From Candidatus Latescibacterota bacterium (GTDB lineage Bacteria; Latescibacterota; UBA2968; UBA8231): a stretch of DNA of 64,000 nucleotides. Positions 9,378 through 18,987 of the stretch are shown in pieces. Numbering within the stretch: position 1 is the stretch's first letter; the number at the start of each line of letters is the position of its first letter. Under the pieces are notes generated by a model. That model saw only the letters and a program-made list of their open reading frames with translations, was not told where the DNA came from and made no database searches. Made by a program: the position numbers and the translations under genes. Location of the stretch: the NCBI GenBank assembly GCA_965223905.1, contig CBDCXV010000011.1:192001-256000 (forward strand). The letters run 5' to 3'.

Positions 9378-11495
9378 TCAGCGGCTTCTTTCGAAGTTCC
9401 TTTCCCTGCTGCGGCGGATATTCGGCTTGTCGAGAGTAGCCTTGTGACTGAGTCGAATCTTTCCCGAGTTGTCGATTTCGAGAACCTTCACGGCAATTCT
9501 ACCACCTTCCTCGACGACATCTTCCACTGATTCTACGCGCTTGTGGTCCAGCTCTGAGATGTGGAGGAGCCCTTCCTTTCCTGGGAGGATCTCTACAAAG
9601 GCCCCGAAGGGCATGATGCGCTTGACCGTCCCTTCGTACTGCCGACCGATCTCGGCATCGGCGGTGATAGCTTCGATCATCTCGCGGGCGCTAGCCGCCG
9701 CTCCCGATTGGACGGAAGAGATCGTGATCTTGCCGTCGTCCTCGACGTTGACGGTAGCGCCCGTCTTCTCGATCTCCCGAATCATCTTGCCGCCCGGGCC
9801 GATAACCGCTCCTATTTTCTCGACGTCGATTTTCATGAACTCGATGCGAGGGGCGAATTCGGACAGCTCCTCGCGGTGGCTGGCTATGGCTTGGTTCATG
9901 ATTTCGAGAATCTGCAGACCTGCCTTACGGGCACGGGCGAACGCCTCTTCGAGGATTCCGATCTCCACACCCTGGATCTTGTTCTCCATCTGGATTGCAG
10001 TGATACCGTCGACGGTACCGGCCACTTTCAGATCCATATCCCCTAGAAAATCCTCGGCTCCCTGAATGTCGGTCAACAGCTCCCATTCCTCCCCTTCGCT
10101 GATCAACCCGACACCGGAAGCAGTGACTGGGTTCTTGATCGGCACTCCGGCATCCATCAGCGCCAGCGAACAGCCGCATACCGTCGCCATCGAGGTCGAC
10201 CCATTGGACTCTTCGATATCGGAGACCAAGCGAATGGTGTAAGGGAAAGAATCAACCCCCGGGACTACGGGCTCGATGGCGCTTTCGGCCAGGTGTCCAT
10301 GCCCGATCTCCCGCCTTCCGGGCCCGCGCGGGAAGGATACTTCCCCGGTGCTGTAGGAGGGAAAGTTGTAGTCGAGGAAATACGACTTGAACGACTTGCC
10401 ACTGAGGTCGTCAATCATCTTCTCGTCGAGCTTGCTGCCCAGGGTCGCCACGCAAAGGGCCTGGGTCTGGCCACGCGTGAACAACGCCGAACCGTGAGCT
10501 CTCGGAAGTATCTGCGTCTCGCAAGTGACCGCCCTGACCTCATCTAGGGCCCTGCCATCTATGCGACGCTTTTCCTCGAGAACCATGCGCCGCATGTCCG
10601 CCTTGATCAGACCGTAAATGATATCGTCGATCTGCTGGCCCGACTCGGGGAAGCGTTCGGAAAGAGCTTCACGCGTATTCTTGTAGATCCCGTCGACGAG
10701 GTGGTGGCGCTCCTCGCGGCTGGTGGTGTGGTTGGCTTCGGTTATGCGCTCAGCCGCCAACTCGCGAACCGCGGCCTCTAATTCCGAGTCAACGGCGGGC
10801 GCTTCAATTGCCATCTTCTCCTTGCCGGCCTGGGAGATGAGCTCTTCCTGAAGGTCGATGAATTTCACGATATGCTCATGGCCGAACTTCAGGGCCGCAA
10901 GCAGGTCCTTTTCGGAAACCTCGTGGGCGCCCCCCTCGACCGTCCCTATCGAATCCCTGGTCCCGGACAGGATCAGGTCCATGTCGCTTTCGTCGCGCTG
11001 GCTCACCGTCGGGTTGACAACGAACTCGCCGTCGACGCGGCCGACGCGGACCGCACCAAGTGGTCCTGCAAAGGGGATGTCCGAAAGGCCCAGTGCTACT
11101 GAACTGCCCACCATTCCCAGCACATCGGCGTCGTTTTCGTTGTCTGAGGACAGGACGGTGATGAAAACCTGGACCTCGTGAGCAAAACCTTTCGGAAACA
11201 TCGGGCGAATCGAGTGGTCGGTAAGGCGAGCGCTGAGGGTTTCCTTTTCCCCCATCCGCCCCTCGCGGCGGAAAAAATTGCCGGGGATCCGTCCTGCGGC
11301 ATACGATTTCTCCCGGTACTCCACGGTCAACGGCAGAAAATCGCGATCGGTCGCGTCTTTCGACCTGCAGGCAGTGACCAGACAAATGGTGTCCGCATAT
11401 CGGACCCATACCGCTCCATGCGCCTGTTTGGCTACCTTTCCGGTCTCCAGGGACAGGGTGCGCCCACCTATTTGAGCTTCTACTTTGTGAATCAT
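9378..11495 (-). CDS. pnp: Polyribonucleotide nucleotidyltransferase
   Basis: DFLPLTVEY, RAHGSALFTRGQTQ, RREIGHG, ESNGSTSMA, plus KH and S1 domains. Start at MIHKVE. Confidence 0.97.
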   Translation of the reverse strand: MIHKVEAQIGGRTLSLETGKVAKQAHGAVWVRYADTICLVTACRSKDATDRDFLPLTVEYREKSYAAGRIPGNFFRREGRMGEKETLSARLTDHSIRPMFPKGFAHEVQVFITVLSSDNENDADVLGMVGSSVALGLSDIPFAGPLGAVRVGRVDGEFVVNPTVSQRDESDMDLILSGTRDSIGTVEGGAHEVSEKDLLAALKFGHEHIVKFIDLQEELISQAGKEKMAIEAPAVDSELEAAVRELAAERITEANHTTSREERHHLVDGIYKNTREALSERFPESGQQIDDIIYGLIKADMRRMVLEEKRRIDGRALDEVRAVTCETQILPRAHGSALFTRGQTQALCVATLGSKLDEKMIDDLSGKSFKSYFLDYNFPSYSTGEVSFPRGPGRREIGHGHLAESAIEPVVPGVDSFPYTIRLVSDIEESNGSTSMATVCGCSLALMDAGVPIKNPVTASGVGLISEGEEWELLTDIQGAEDFLGDMDLKVAGTVDGITAIQMENKIQGVEIGILEEAFARARKAGLQILEIMNQAIASHREELSEFAPRIEFMKIDVEKIGAVIGPGGKMIREIEKTGATVNVEDDGKITISSVQSGAAASAREMIEAITADAEIGRQYEGTVKRIMPFGAFVEILPGKEGLLHISELDHKRVESVEDVVEEGGRIAVKVLEIDNSGKIRLSHKATLDKPNIRRSRERNFERSR

Positions 11496-11726
11496 CTGCT
11501 TTCTTCTCGTTTCTCTTTTTTTCGTTTCGTGTGACTTCCCCACGTGATGCGGATGCCCCGGTGCGGGGAATTTCTCCAATGACTCGCGGAATCAAGGCCG
11601 CTTGTGAAACGGCTGCCGGGGTTGCCGGAACACGACGATCGCGTTATGTCGCAAGCGGAGGCAAGTCGCCGAATGAATCTTCAGCCACGGGAGACGCACG
11701 GCGAGCTTCCACCGGCCCGACGTTGA

Positions 11727-11996
11727 TCAGCGCCGAAGTTGGAGATCCTTTATGAGCTGCGCGTAGCCTTCCGGGTTTTTTTTCTGGTAGTATTTCTGCA
11801 GCCGCCTGCGCCGCCCAATCAATTGCAGCAATCCGCGACGAGTCGCGAAATCCTGGCGGTGAGCCTGCAAATGGACGGTGAGGTTCCCGATCCGCTCCGA
11901 CAGGATCGCAATCTGCACGGTCACAGCCCCCGAGTCAGTTTCGTTCTTTCCGTATTTGGCGGTCAGTTGCCTGGTACGCTCTGCAGTGATGGACAA
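11727..11996 (-). CDS. rpsO: 30S ribosomal protein S15
   Basis: DSGAVTVQIAILSERI..LTVHL...D..TRRGLL; TTG start after GGAGG. Confidence 0.95.
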   Translation of the reverse strand: MSITAERTRQLTAKYGKNETDSGAVTVQIAILSERIGNLTVHLQAHRQDFATRRGLLQLIGRRRRLQKYYQKKNPEGYAQLIKDLQLRR

Positions 11997-12024
11997 AGCC
12001 TGCCTCCATGGAATTTCGAAAGTG

Positions 12025-12426
12025 TTAATCCTTAACGGCGGTTAGTTCAGTGGACTGAATCAGCTCTCGTGCTCTCTCGACATCCCTTCCCAGCTGTCCG
12101 ACCAAGGTATCCAGGTTGGGAAAGCGCCGTTCGTCTCGCAATTTCTTGACTGTTCGTATCCGCAAAGTCTTCCCGTACAAATCTCCGACGAAATCGATGA
12201 TGTGGGCTTCAACAGCCAACTCTCCCGATGAAAATGTCGGTCTGACCCCCACGTTCACTACCGCGGGATGTTCCCTCTCGGAACCCTCCCAGACGGCCAT
12301 TGCCGCATATACACCGCTCTCGACAATCTTCTCTATGTTCCCTTCGACATCAAGATTGGCGGTAGGAAAGCCGAGCGACCGCCCGCGACCGTAGCCGGCT
12401 ACCACCTTGCCAGTCAGCATGGACAT
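12025..12426 (-). CDS. Riboflavin kinase (RibF C-terminal domain only)
   Basis: GxVVxGxGRGRSLGFPTANL, GVRPTF, EAHIIDF, LRDERRF. Only 133 aa, with no adenylyltransferase domain. Confidence 0.9.
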   Translation of the reverse strand: MSMLTGKVVAGYGRGRSLGFPTANLDVEGNIEKIVESGVYAAMAVWEGSEREHPAVVNVGVRPTFSSGELAVEAHIIDFVGDLYGKTLRIRTVKKLRDERRFPNLDTLVGQLGRDVERARELIQSTELTAVKD

Positions 12427-12462
12427 CCGACCCGTATCAGAAGACCGGAGGGGTCAAAGCTG

Positions 12463-13416
12463 CTATTTGTCAACTCCACCCGGCAGGAGGACCTTGGACG
12501 GCCGCAAACTCGACCGGCTACCATCAACCCAGGACCCCAGACCGCACAGGCGTTCCGCCTCGTCATACACTGCGCACGTTTCGATCTCACCATCTTCCAA
12601 TTCCGCGCCAGTTTCGAGCGCTGTTTCGCTAATCGATCCCGTAGCGACGGTTCCGCCGTGCAAAAACGTATTAACCTGCCTGCACGACAGCGTAACCGCA
12701 GGGAGTGAACTCAGTGCACGCCAAGTCGGTACGAGTAGCTCCTCGAGCCGCCTCCCATCAACTGCCTTCTGCACTTCTTCCACGGTCAGGGCAACCGACA
12801 GATCCAGGCTCCCGACTCTCATCCTGCGCAGGTCGGCCACATACGCACCGCAACCCAGGGCGGCGCCAATATCCCTTGCCAGCGAACGAATATAAGTTCC
12901 CTTGGAGCAGACAACGCGCATTTCGAAGTCGGGATATTCACACTTCAAAACCTCGAGCTGCAAAATACGAACCGATCTTGCAGGTATCTCAACCGCCTTT
13001 TTCCGGCGTGCCAGATGGTAACTGCGAACGCCGCCTACCTTCACCGCGGAGTAAGCAGGCGGGACTTGCCTGATATTACCGCGGAAGCGGACCAGAACCC
13101 CGTCGACTTCATCATCGCTTGGAACCCGGATTTCAGCGACCGGTTCGATGGCGCCCTCAGCGTCCCCCGTATCGCTTGTGGCTCCGAGACACAAGCGCAC
13201 CAGGTATTCCTTGTCGGTTCCTGCAATTGCTTCGCTCAGTCGAGTGTAGGTGCCAAAACAGAGCACCAGGACCCCCGTGGCGAGTGGATCGAGGGTACCG
13301 CAGTGACCAATGCGATGCAAACCAAGGATCCGACGTATCCGGGCGACAATATCATGCGACGTCGGTCCTGCTTTCTTGTCAATGACGAGAATGCCTCGAC
13401 TGGCCTTCATCGCCAC
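12463..13416 (-). CDS. truB: tRNA pseudouridine(55) synthase
   Basis: GHCGTLDPLATGVL, QVPPAYSAVK, CSKGTYIRSLARDIG. Confidence 0.96.
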   Translation of the reverse strand: MAMKASRGILVIDKKAGPTSHDIVARIRRILGLHRIGHCGTLDPLATGVLVLCFGTYTRLSEAIAGTDKEYLVRLCLGATSDTGDAEGAIEPVAEIRVPSDDEVDGVLVRFRGNIRQVPPAYSAVKVGGVRSYHLARRKKAVEIPARSVRILQLEVLKCEYPDFEMRVVCSKGTYIRSLARDIGAALGCGAYVADLRRMRVGSLDLSVALTVEEVQKAVDGRRLEELLVPTWRALSSLPAVTLSCRQVNTFLHGGTVATGSISETALETGAELEDGEIETCAVYDEAERLCGLGSWVDGSRSSLRPSKVLLPGGVDK

Positions 13417-13774
13417 CGCCGGCAGATCCTGTTGTGGGAACCGCCTCTTCTATGAGTGCGGTCAGTCGGGCCGCCCTCTCCGAGGTGTCGTCGTAGGCCA
13501 CACTGACTTCGGGAACCTGACGCATGGAAATCCGCTGCGCCATCTCACGCCGGATATGGCCGATGGCATTCTCGAGCGCAGCAAGCGCCTCCCTCTTCTG
13601 CTCTTCCGACCCGAGAACGCTGACGAACATCCGCGCGTGTTTCAGATCCGGTGACACCTCCGCGTCGACTACCGTAGCCAATCGGACTCGGGGATCTTTA
13701 AGGTTCCTGACGATATCACTGAACTCACGGTACAGGGATTCGCGAACCCTGCCGGCCCGGTGCGACACACCCAT
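13379..13774 (-). CDS. rbfA: Ribosome-binding factor A
   Basis: LKDPRV..TVVDAEVSPDLKHA; located between infB and truB. Confidence 0.93.
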   Translation of the reverse strand: MGVSHRAGRVRESLYREFSDIVRNLKDPRVRLATVVDAEVSPDLKHARMFVSVLGSEEQKREALAALENAIGHIRREMAQRISMRQVPEVSVAYDDTSERAARLTALIEEAVPTTGSAGGGDEGQSRHSRH

Positions 13775-13783
13775 CGTTTTGGG

Positions 13784-14065
13784 CTACCGTTCTTCGACCG
13801 AAGCGTCGAGCACCTGCACCCTGCCCTCCTCTTCTATATAACGGATCGCTTTGGAGATCACCTGGTCGGCGTGATCAATTCCATTGCTGACGATGGCGAA
13901 GGCCACGGTACTTCGCTGCCAGAGCTCGCTGAAATCTACTTCAGCAACGGAGAGATTGAAGCGGTTGTGCAGGCGATCCTTGAGACTCTTCAAGACCTGT
14001 CGCTTGTCTTTCAGCGATCTGCTTTCAGGCAGGTACAGCTGAACTTCACCTACCAATATGATCAC
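13784..14065 (-). CDS. DUF503 (YlxP-like) protein
   Basis: SLKDKRQVLKSLKDRL..RFNLSVAEVD...WQR; conserved position after infB. Confidence 0.9.
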   Translation of the reverse strand: MIILVGEVQLYLPESRSLKDKRQVLKSLKDRLHNRFNLSVAEVDFSELWQRSTVAFAIVSNGIDHADQVISKAIRYIEEEGRVQVLDASVEER

Positions 14066-14099
14066 TTTCCGGTACGTTCATTTCCAAATGGGGAGGGTA

Positions 14100-16499
14100 T
14101 CAAAGAGAGCGGGCTGATTCCACTACTTCCAGAACTTCAAGGGAATCCCCTTCGACAATTTCGTCGAAACCCGCTACCGCTACTCCGCACTCGAATCCCT
14201 CGAGCACCTCTCGCACATCGTCCTTGAAGCGCCGCAGAGAAGCGATTCCGCCTTCAAAGACCGACTCGCCATCGCGCATCACACGGACCTGGTTGTTGCG
14301 CGTAATCTTCCCACTCTGGACATAACAGCCCCCGATCTTGCCATCCCGGGAGGAGGAGAAGATCTGTCGAATCTCAACGGTTCCGATTACGCGCTCCTGG
14401 AGCTCTGGAGCGAGCAAACCGGAAAGTGCGGCGCGCAGCTCTTCGAAGACCTCGTAGATGACCTCGTAGTTGCGAATGTCGACGCCGTCCCTGGCGGCAA
14501 CCTCTCGCGCTTTCGCCTCCGTCGGCACGTGAAAGGCAATGATGATCGCGTCCGACGCCGCCGCCAGAAGCACGTCGGATTCCGATATCTGGCCGACGCC
14601 GCTGTGAATGACCGAAATGCGCACCTCTTCATGGGTTATGCTGCCAAGTTCCTGGGTTATCGCCTCGACGGAGCCGTCGACATCCGCCTTGACGATGACC
14701 TTGAGTTCGTTGATTCGCTTTTCCTGGATCTGGAACTGAAGATCGCCCAGGGTCATTCCGCGACTACTGCGGATTTCATGCTCGCGCTTGATCTGCTGTC
14801 GCCTCTGGATGATCTCCCGCGCCTCCCGCTCGGATGGAGCCACGGCAAAGTTGTCACCTGCCTGGGGTACTCCGCTTCCGCCCAGGACCTGGACAGGAAT
14901 AGACGGCCCTGCTTCCCTGACTCTCTGCTGATGCTCGTCGAACAGGGCTCTCACCCGACCACCGTAAACCCCCGTTACGAACGGATCCCCGACGCGCAGA
15001 GTGCCTTCCTGAACAAGCACGGTGGCGACGGGACCCCTACCCTTGTCCAGCTGGGCTTCGACAATCGTGCCACGACATCTTCTGTCGCGCTCTGCCTTGA
15101 GCTCGAGGAGTTCCGCTTCCAAAATCATCAGTTCGAGCAGCTTGTCGATTCCCTGCCCCGTTATCGCCGAAATCTCCGCGCAGGGAACCTTGCCTCCCCA
15201 ATCCTCCAACAGAACACCGCGCTCGCCCAGCTGCCGCTTTACCTTATCGGAATCGGCAGTCGGCAGATCCATCTTGTTGATGGCCACTACCATGGGAACC
15301 TGGGCGGCCCTGGCATGGTCGATGGCTTCGACCGTCTGGGGCATGACGTCGTCATCGGCGGCAACGACCAGTATCACCAAGTCGGTGACCCGCGCACCTC
15401 GGGCGCGCATCGCCGTGAAAGCGGCGTGACCCGGGGTATCGAGGAAAGTAATGGGTTGGCCGTCGGGGGCGCTCACCACGTAGGCGCCGATATGCTGAGT
15501 GATTCCCCCAGATTCGCCTTCGACCACATCGGTTTTCCGCAGGAAATCGAGCAATGACGTTTTTCCGTGATCCACGTGGCCCATAACCGTGACAACCGGG
15601 GATCGCGGTTCGAGCTCTCCGGTTACTTCTTCCTCGAGCCCGAGATCCTCCTGCAGTTCCTCCTCTTCTTCTTCTTCTTCCATCGGCCTCGCTTCAAAAC
15701 CGAATTCGTCCGAAACGGTAACGATCGTGTCCATGTCGAGACGCTGGTTGATGGTAACGACCACTCCGAGCTGCAGACAGGTGGCGATTACCTCGGCGGA
15801 ACGCACCCCCATTATTTCAGCCAACTCCCCGACAGTGGAAAACTCCCTGACCCTGATCTGTTGCGCTCCCTCTCGGAGTCCCTCCTCGCCCTCCTCGTCG
15901 CGCCCGCGATCATAGCGGCGCCGAGTTCTGCCTTCGGCGATCTCACTCAGCGTCTTGCGGACGTTGTCCTGAACGGACTGGGTATCGATTTGCCGCCGAC
16001 GCCTCGGCCTTCCTCCGCCACGCCAACGACCGCTCATGTCGGACGCAGTGTCGGGAGCCGTATCTCCAGGTTTGCCGGAATGTTCACGACGCTCGGGACT
16101 ATCGCCGCGTTTTCCCCGCCGCTTCGAGCGCCTGCGATCCCCCTCTTCTTTTGTCGGGAGCGGAGTAACTCCGGGAGTCCGTTGTCGCCCGATGATCTCC
16201 CGTACGCGCTGACCGGCTCCGCGTTCTCCCGATGCGTTGGTATCGCTTCGCGTCCGTCCGGCTCGGGCCTGACGTTCCTGTCGGCGCCGAGATTGCTCTT
16301 TCTCCTTCTGTCGCTGCACCTCCTCCTTGGAGGCGGTTTTTTCTTCTTCTATTTTCCGCGTGATCGCCTCGGTCATCTCGGGCGTCACGACACTCATGTG
16401 GCTCCTGACCTCGTGACCGAGCGACTTGAGCATCGAGATCAGCGCGTCGCTCGAGAGCTTGATTTCCTTTGCTACCTGGTAAACCCTGCGTTTTTCCAA
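14100..16499 (-). CDS. infB: Translation initiation factor IF-2
   Basis: VMGHVDHGKTSLLD, GGITQHIGAY, DTPGHAAF, NKMD, KADVDGS, GFECG. Confidence 0.98.
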   Translation of the reverse strand: MEKRRVYQVAKEIKLSSDALISMLKSLGHEVRSHMSVVTPEMTEAITRKIEEEKTASKEEVQRQKEKEQSRRRQERQARAGRTRSDTNASGERGAGQRVREIIGRQRTPGVTPLPTKEEGDRRRSKRRGKRGDSPERREHSGKPGDTAPDTASDMSGRWRGGGRPRRRRQIDTQSVQDNVRKTLSEIAEGRTRRRYDRGRDEEGEEGLREGAQQIRVREFSTVGELAEIMGVRSAEVIATCLQLGVVVTINQRLDMDTIVTVSDEFGFEARPMEEEEEEEELQEDLGLEEEVTGELEPRSPVVTVMGHVDHGKTSLLDFLRKTDVVEGESGGITQHIGAYVVSAPDGQPITFLDTPGHAAFTAMRARGARVTDLVILVVAADDDVMPQTVEAIDHARAAQVPMVVAINKMDLPTADSDKVKRQLGERGVLLEDWGGKVPCAEISAITGQGIDKLLELMILEAELLELKAERDRRCRGTIVEAQLDKGRGPVATVLVQEGTLRVGDPFVTGVYGGRVRALFDEHQQRVREAGPSIPVQVLGGSGVPQAGDNFAVAPSEREAREIIQRRQQIKREHEIRSSRGMTLGDLQFQIQEKRINELKVIVKADVDGSVEAITQELGSITHEEVRISVIHSGVGQISESDVLLAAASDAIIIAFHVPTEAKAREVAARDGVDIRNYEVIYEVFEELRAALSGLLAPELQERVIGTVEIRQIFSSSRDGKIGGCYVQSGKITRNNQVRVMRDGESVFEGGIASLRRFKDDVREVLEGFECGVAVAGFDEIVEGDSLEVLEVVESARSL

Positions 16500-16514
16500 A
16501 AGGAGATCCGCCCT

Positions 16515-18119
16515 TTACTTACTCGTTTCCTTGTTTTGGTTCGCTGTAGCCGATTCATCGCTCCGGATAGCATTGATCGACACTACTCCGGCGAGGGACG
16601 AATCTGCCTCTGAAACTGCCTCTCCAGAGTTGCTCGCATTGGCTGAGCTGTGCACGCCTGTAGATTCGGGACCCGCGTCATCGGGGGGGCTGGTTGGCGA
16701 CTGTAGAACACCGGAGGCCTCAGCGGCCACACCGTCGTGTGCAGAATCTTCTCGATCCGGGTACGCCTCACTCGCCTCCGCTGCTGCTTCCTTGGCAGCT
16801 GTAGATTCCATCGCTTCCAACTCCTGGATCGTCGCAGGTCGCAACTCCTCCCCGCGCGCCTCGGCGGCGCTCACATACGCTTCGGCCTTCGCCTTGAGCC
16901 CGGCAGCAAGGGCCCCTTCTTCGCCTTCGAGACCGGGAACGGTCTGCAGAAGTTTGACCTCCACCTCCGCAATCGACCGGATCGAAATAAAGCCCGAACT
17001 CGCCAGACTGATGGCGATTAGCTCGCTGACTCCTTCGAGCTTTCGCAGCTCCTGCTGGCTCTCATCGATTCGCCGCCGGCGAGCCTGGTACTCTTCATCC
17101 GTGAGGATATCCAGTCCCCACCCGGTCAGCTGTACGGCGAGGCGGGAATTCTGCCCGGATTTTCCAATCGCCAAGGACAACTGATCCGTGCCGACGATTG
17201 CGGAGGCGCGTTGGCGCCGCTCGTCGACAATGACACGAGAAATCGTAGCCGGACTGAGCGCACGGGCTATGAATATCTGAGGTTCGTCAATCCAAGGCAC
17301 GATGTCGATGCGCTCACCGCTTAGCTCCCGGACGATTGCCTGTACCCGCGATCCCTTCACTCCGACACATGCGCCAACGGGGTCGACCCTTTCGTCATTG
17401 GAACTCACGGCGATTTTCGCCCTTTCACCCGGCTCTCTGGCGACGGCGTGTATTTTCACGATACCTTCGGCGATTTCAGGCACCTCGATGGAAAAGAGCT
17501 TGCGCAGGAACTCGGGATGGGTGCGCGAAAGGAGAACCTGAGGGCCGCGGCTCGACTTAAGGACTTCGTAGATATACCCGCGAACGCTGTCCCCCTGGCG
17601 GTATCTCTCTCGCCGAATCTGCTCCTTGAGGGGAATCGCCGCTTCAGCGCGCCCGAGGTTCATAATGATATCACCGTGGCTGATCTGCTGAACGATCCCT
17701 GACTCGATCTGAGTCAATCTACCGCTGAATTCGTCGTAAATTCGGTCGCGCTCTGCCTCGCGCACCCGCTGGATAAGAATCTGCTTGGCTGCCTGAATCG
17801 CATTACGACCGAAATCGGCGAGGTTCAACTCCTCGAAGACGACCGATCCTAGCTGCGCCTGCTTGTTTATTTGACGCGCATCTTCCAGGTCGATTTCTAG
17901 TTCCGGCTCATTGACATCTTCAACCACGGTCTTGCGGGCCAGAACTGCCATATGGCCAGTATCTGCATTGAGTTCGACTTCGAAGTTGTCGGCATTGACA
18001 AAGCGCTTTTTTGCCGCCGAGACCAGCGCGTCGGTCAAAGTCTCGATAACCAGCCGACGATCCACGTTCTTCTCTCTGGCTATCTGACTCAGCGCTTCGA
18101 CTATGTTGATGTTGTTCAT
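16515..18119 (-). CDS. nusA: Transcription termination factor NusA with acidic C-terminal extension
   Basis: FGRNAIQAAKQ, AREPGERAKIAV, DPVGACVG..GSRV, SLAIGKSGQN. Start at MNNINI. Confidence 0.97.
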   Translation of the reverse strand: MNNINIVEALSQIAREKNVDRRLVIETLTDALVSAAKKRFVNADNFEVELNADTGHMAVLARKTVVEDVNEPELEIDLEDARQINKQAQLGSVVFEELNLADFGRNAIQAAKQILIQRVREAERDRIYDEFSGRLTQIESGIVQQISHGDIIMNLGRAEAAIPLKEQIRRERYRQGDSVRGYIYEVLKSSRGPQVLLSRTHPEFLRKLFSIEVPEIAEGIVKIHAVAREPGERAKIAVSSNDERVDPVGACVGVKGSRVQAIVRELSGERIDIVPWIDEPQIFIARALSPATISRVIVDERRQRASAIVGTDQLSLAIGKSGQNSRLAVQLTGWGLDILTDEEYQARRRRIDESQQELRKLEGVSELIAISLASSGFISIRSIAEVEVKLLQTVPGLEGEEGALAAGLKAKAEAYVSAAEARGEELRPATIQELEAMESTAAKEAAAEASEAYPDREDSAHDGVAAEASGVLQSPTSPPDDAGPESTGVHSSANASNSGEAVSEADSSLAGVVSINAIRSDESATANQNKETSK

Positions 18120-18204
18120 CTGTCTCCAGGAAATTGTGAACAATTCTTTGCGTGGCAGGCTTCCGAGGCCGGAAAGACCGGGATTCGAGCGTTACCGGTC
18201 CAAA

Positions 18205-18747
18205 TTACATTCCAGCTTCAATCGTCGCCTTCACTATTTCCGAGCGAGGGATGCGATTCACCACCTCTTTCTCGATCTGCAACTCGATCGCGTCGGGGTC
18301 CCAATTGGCCAGCCGCCCCGAAACCGAGCGTCCTGAATAGAGCAGCACTTTCAATTGTTTGGCCGAGGCTCGCGCGAAGTCGCTGTCGGTGACGAGGGGT
18401 CGGTCAAGGCCGGGAGAAGTAACCTCAAGTCGGTAGCGACCCGAAACCGGATCTTCGAAATCGAGCAGGTCGCCAATCTCCCGAGAGATCGACTCGCACA
18501 GGTCAAGCGTGATCCCATGGTCTTTGTGAACCAACACACGGATGGAGCGCGAGTTTCTCTTTCCCATAATCTCAACATCCACCAGCGATGCCTCGTAGTC
18601 GACGACAATCGGCTCAACAAGCTCGATCAGGAGGTGCCGCAAAGCCTGTGGATCAGCGTCGAGTTCACGATGGCGGTCAGAATAGATCTCCGGCGTATCG
18701 GGTTGCCGACTCACAGTCAACCTGCTCCACGCGGGAACGCCCTCCAA
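18205..18747 (-). CDS. rimP: Ribosome maturation factor RimP (start uncertain)
   Basis: GITLDLCESISR..LD..DP...YRLEVTSPGLDRPL. Confidence 0.93.
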   Translation of the reverse strand: MEGVPAWSRLTVSRQPDTPEIYSDRHRELDADPQALRHLLIELVEPIVVDYEASLVDVEIMGKRNSRSIRVLVHKDHGITLDLCESISREIGDLLDFEDPVSGRYRLEVTSPGLDRPLVTDSDFARASAKQLKVLLYSGRSVSGRLANWDPDAIELQIEKEVVNRIPRSEIVKATIEAGM

Positions 18748-18830
18748 CCCTCAGGAGTCCGATCAACAATTCGGAACTTAGAATCAGAAATAGACATAGA
18801 AAGATAGAGGCTTGCTTGGATTTAAGCAAG

Positions 18831-18987
18831 CTTGACTCCTTCGTATAAAACCCATTTTGAGGATGTTCAGCGATTCAGCACATTAGAGCGCCACTATATA
18901 TTGGCCAACGAAGACAACGCATGCACTATATGTTGTATGACAAACCGGGCATTCTGAGCGACGTAGGGTTTTTACGAGAGAATCAAG
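18831..18987. mobile_element. 157-bp MITE sharing terminal inverted repeats with the adjacent IS
   Basis: Left end CTTGACTCCTTCGTATAAAACCC and right end GGGTTTTTACGAGAGAATCAAG; non-coding interior. Confidence 0.75.
18891..18938. promoter_or_regulatory. Tandem NrdR-box-like sites inside the MITE
   Basis: CCACTATATATTGGCC (18891) and GCACTATATGTTGTAT (18923), 32 bp apart. NrdR consensus is acaCwAtATaTwGtgt. Confidence 0.6.

Noticed and set aside
11598-11658. Stem CCGCTTGTGA...TCGCAAGCGG in the rpsO-pnp spacer
   Set aside because: Consistent with an ordinary pnp leader or processing stem; nothing further supports a novel RNA.
15655-15681. Poly-Glu codon run in infB
   Set aside because: Ordinary acidic linker before the IF-2 G domain.
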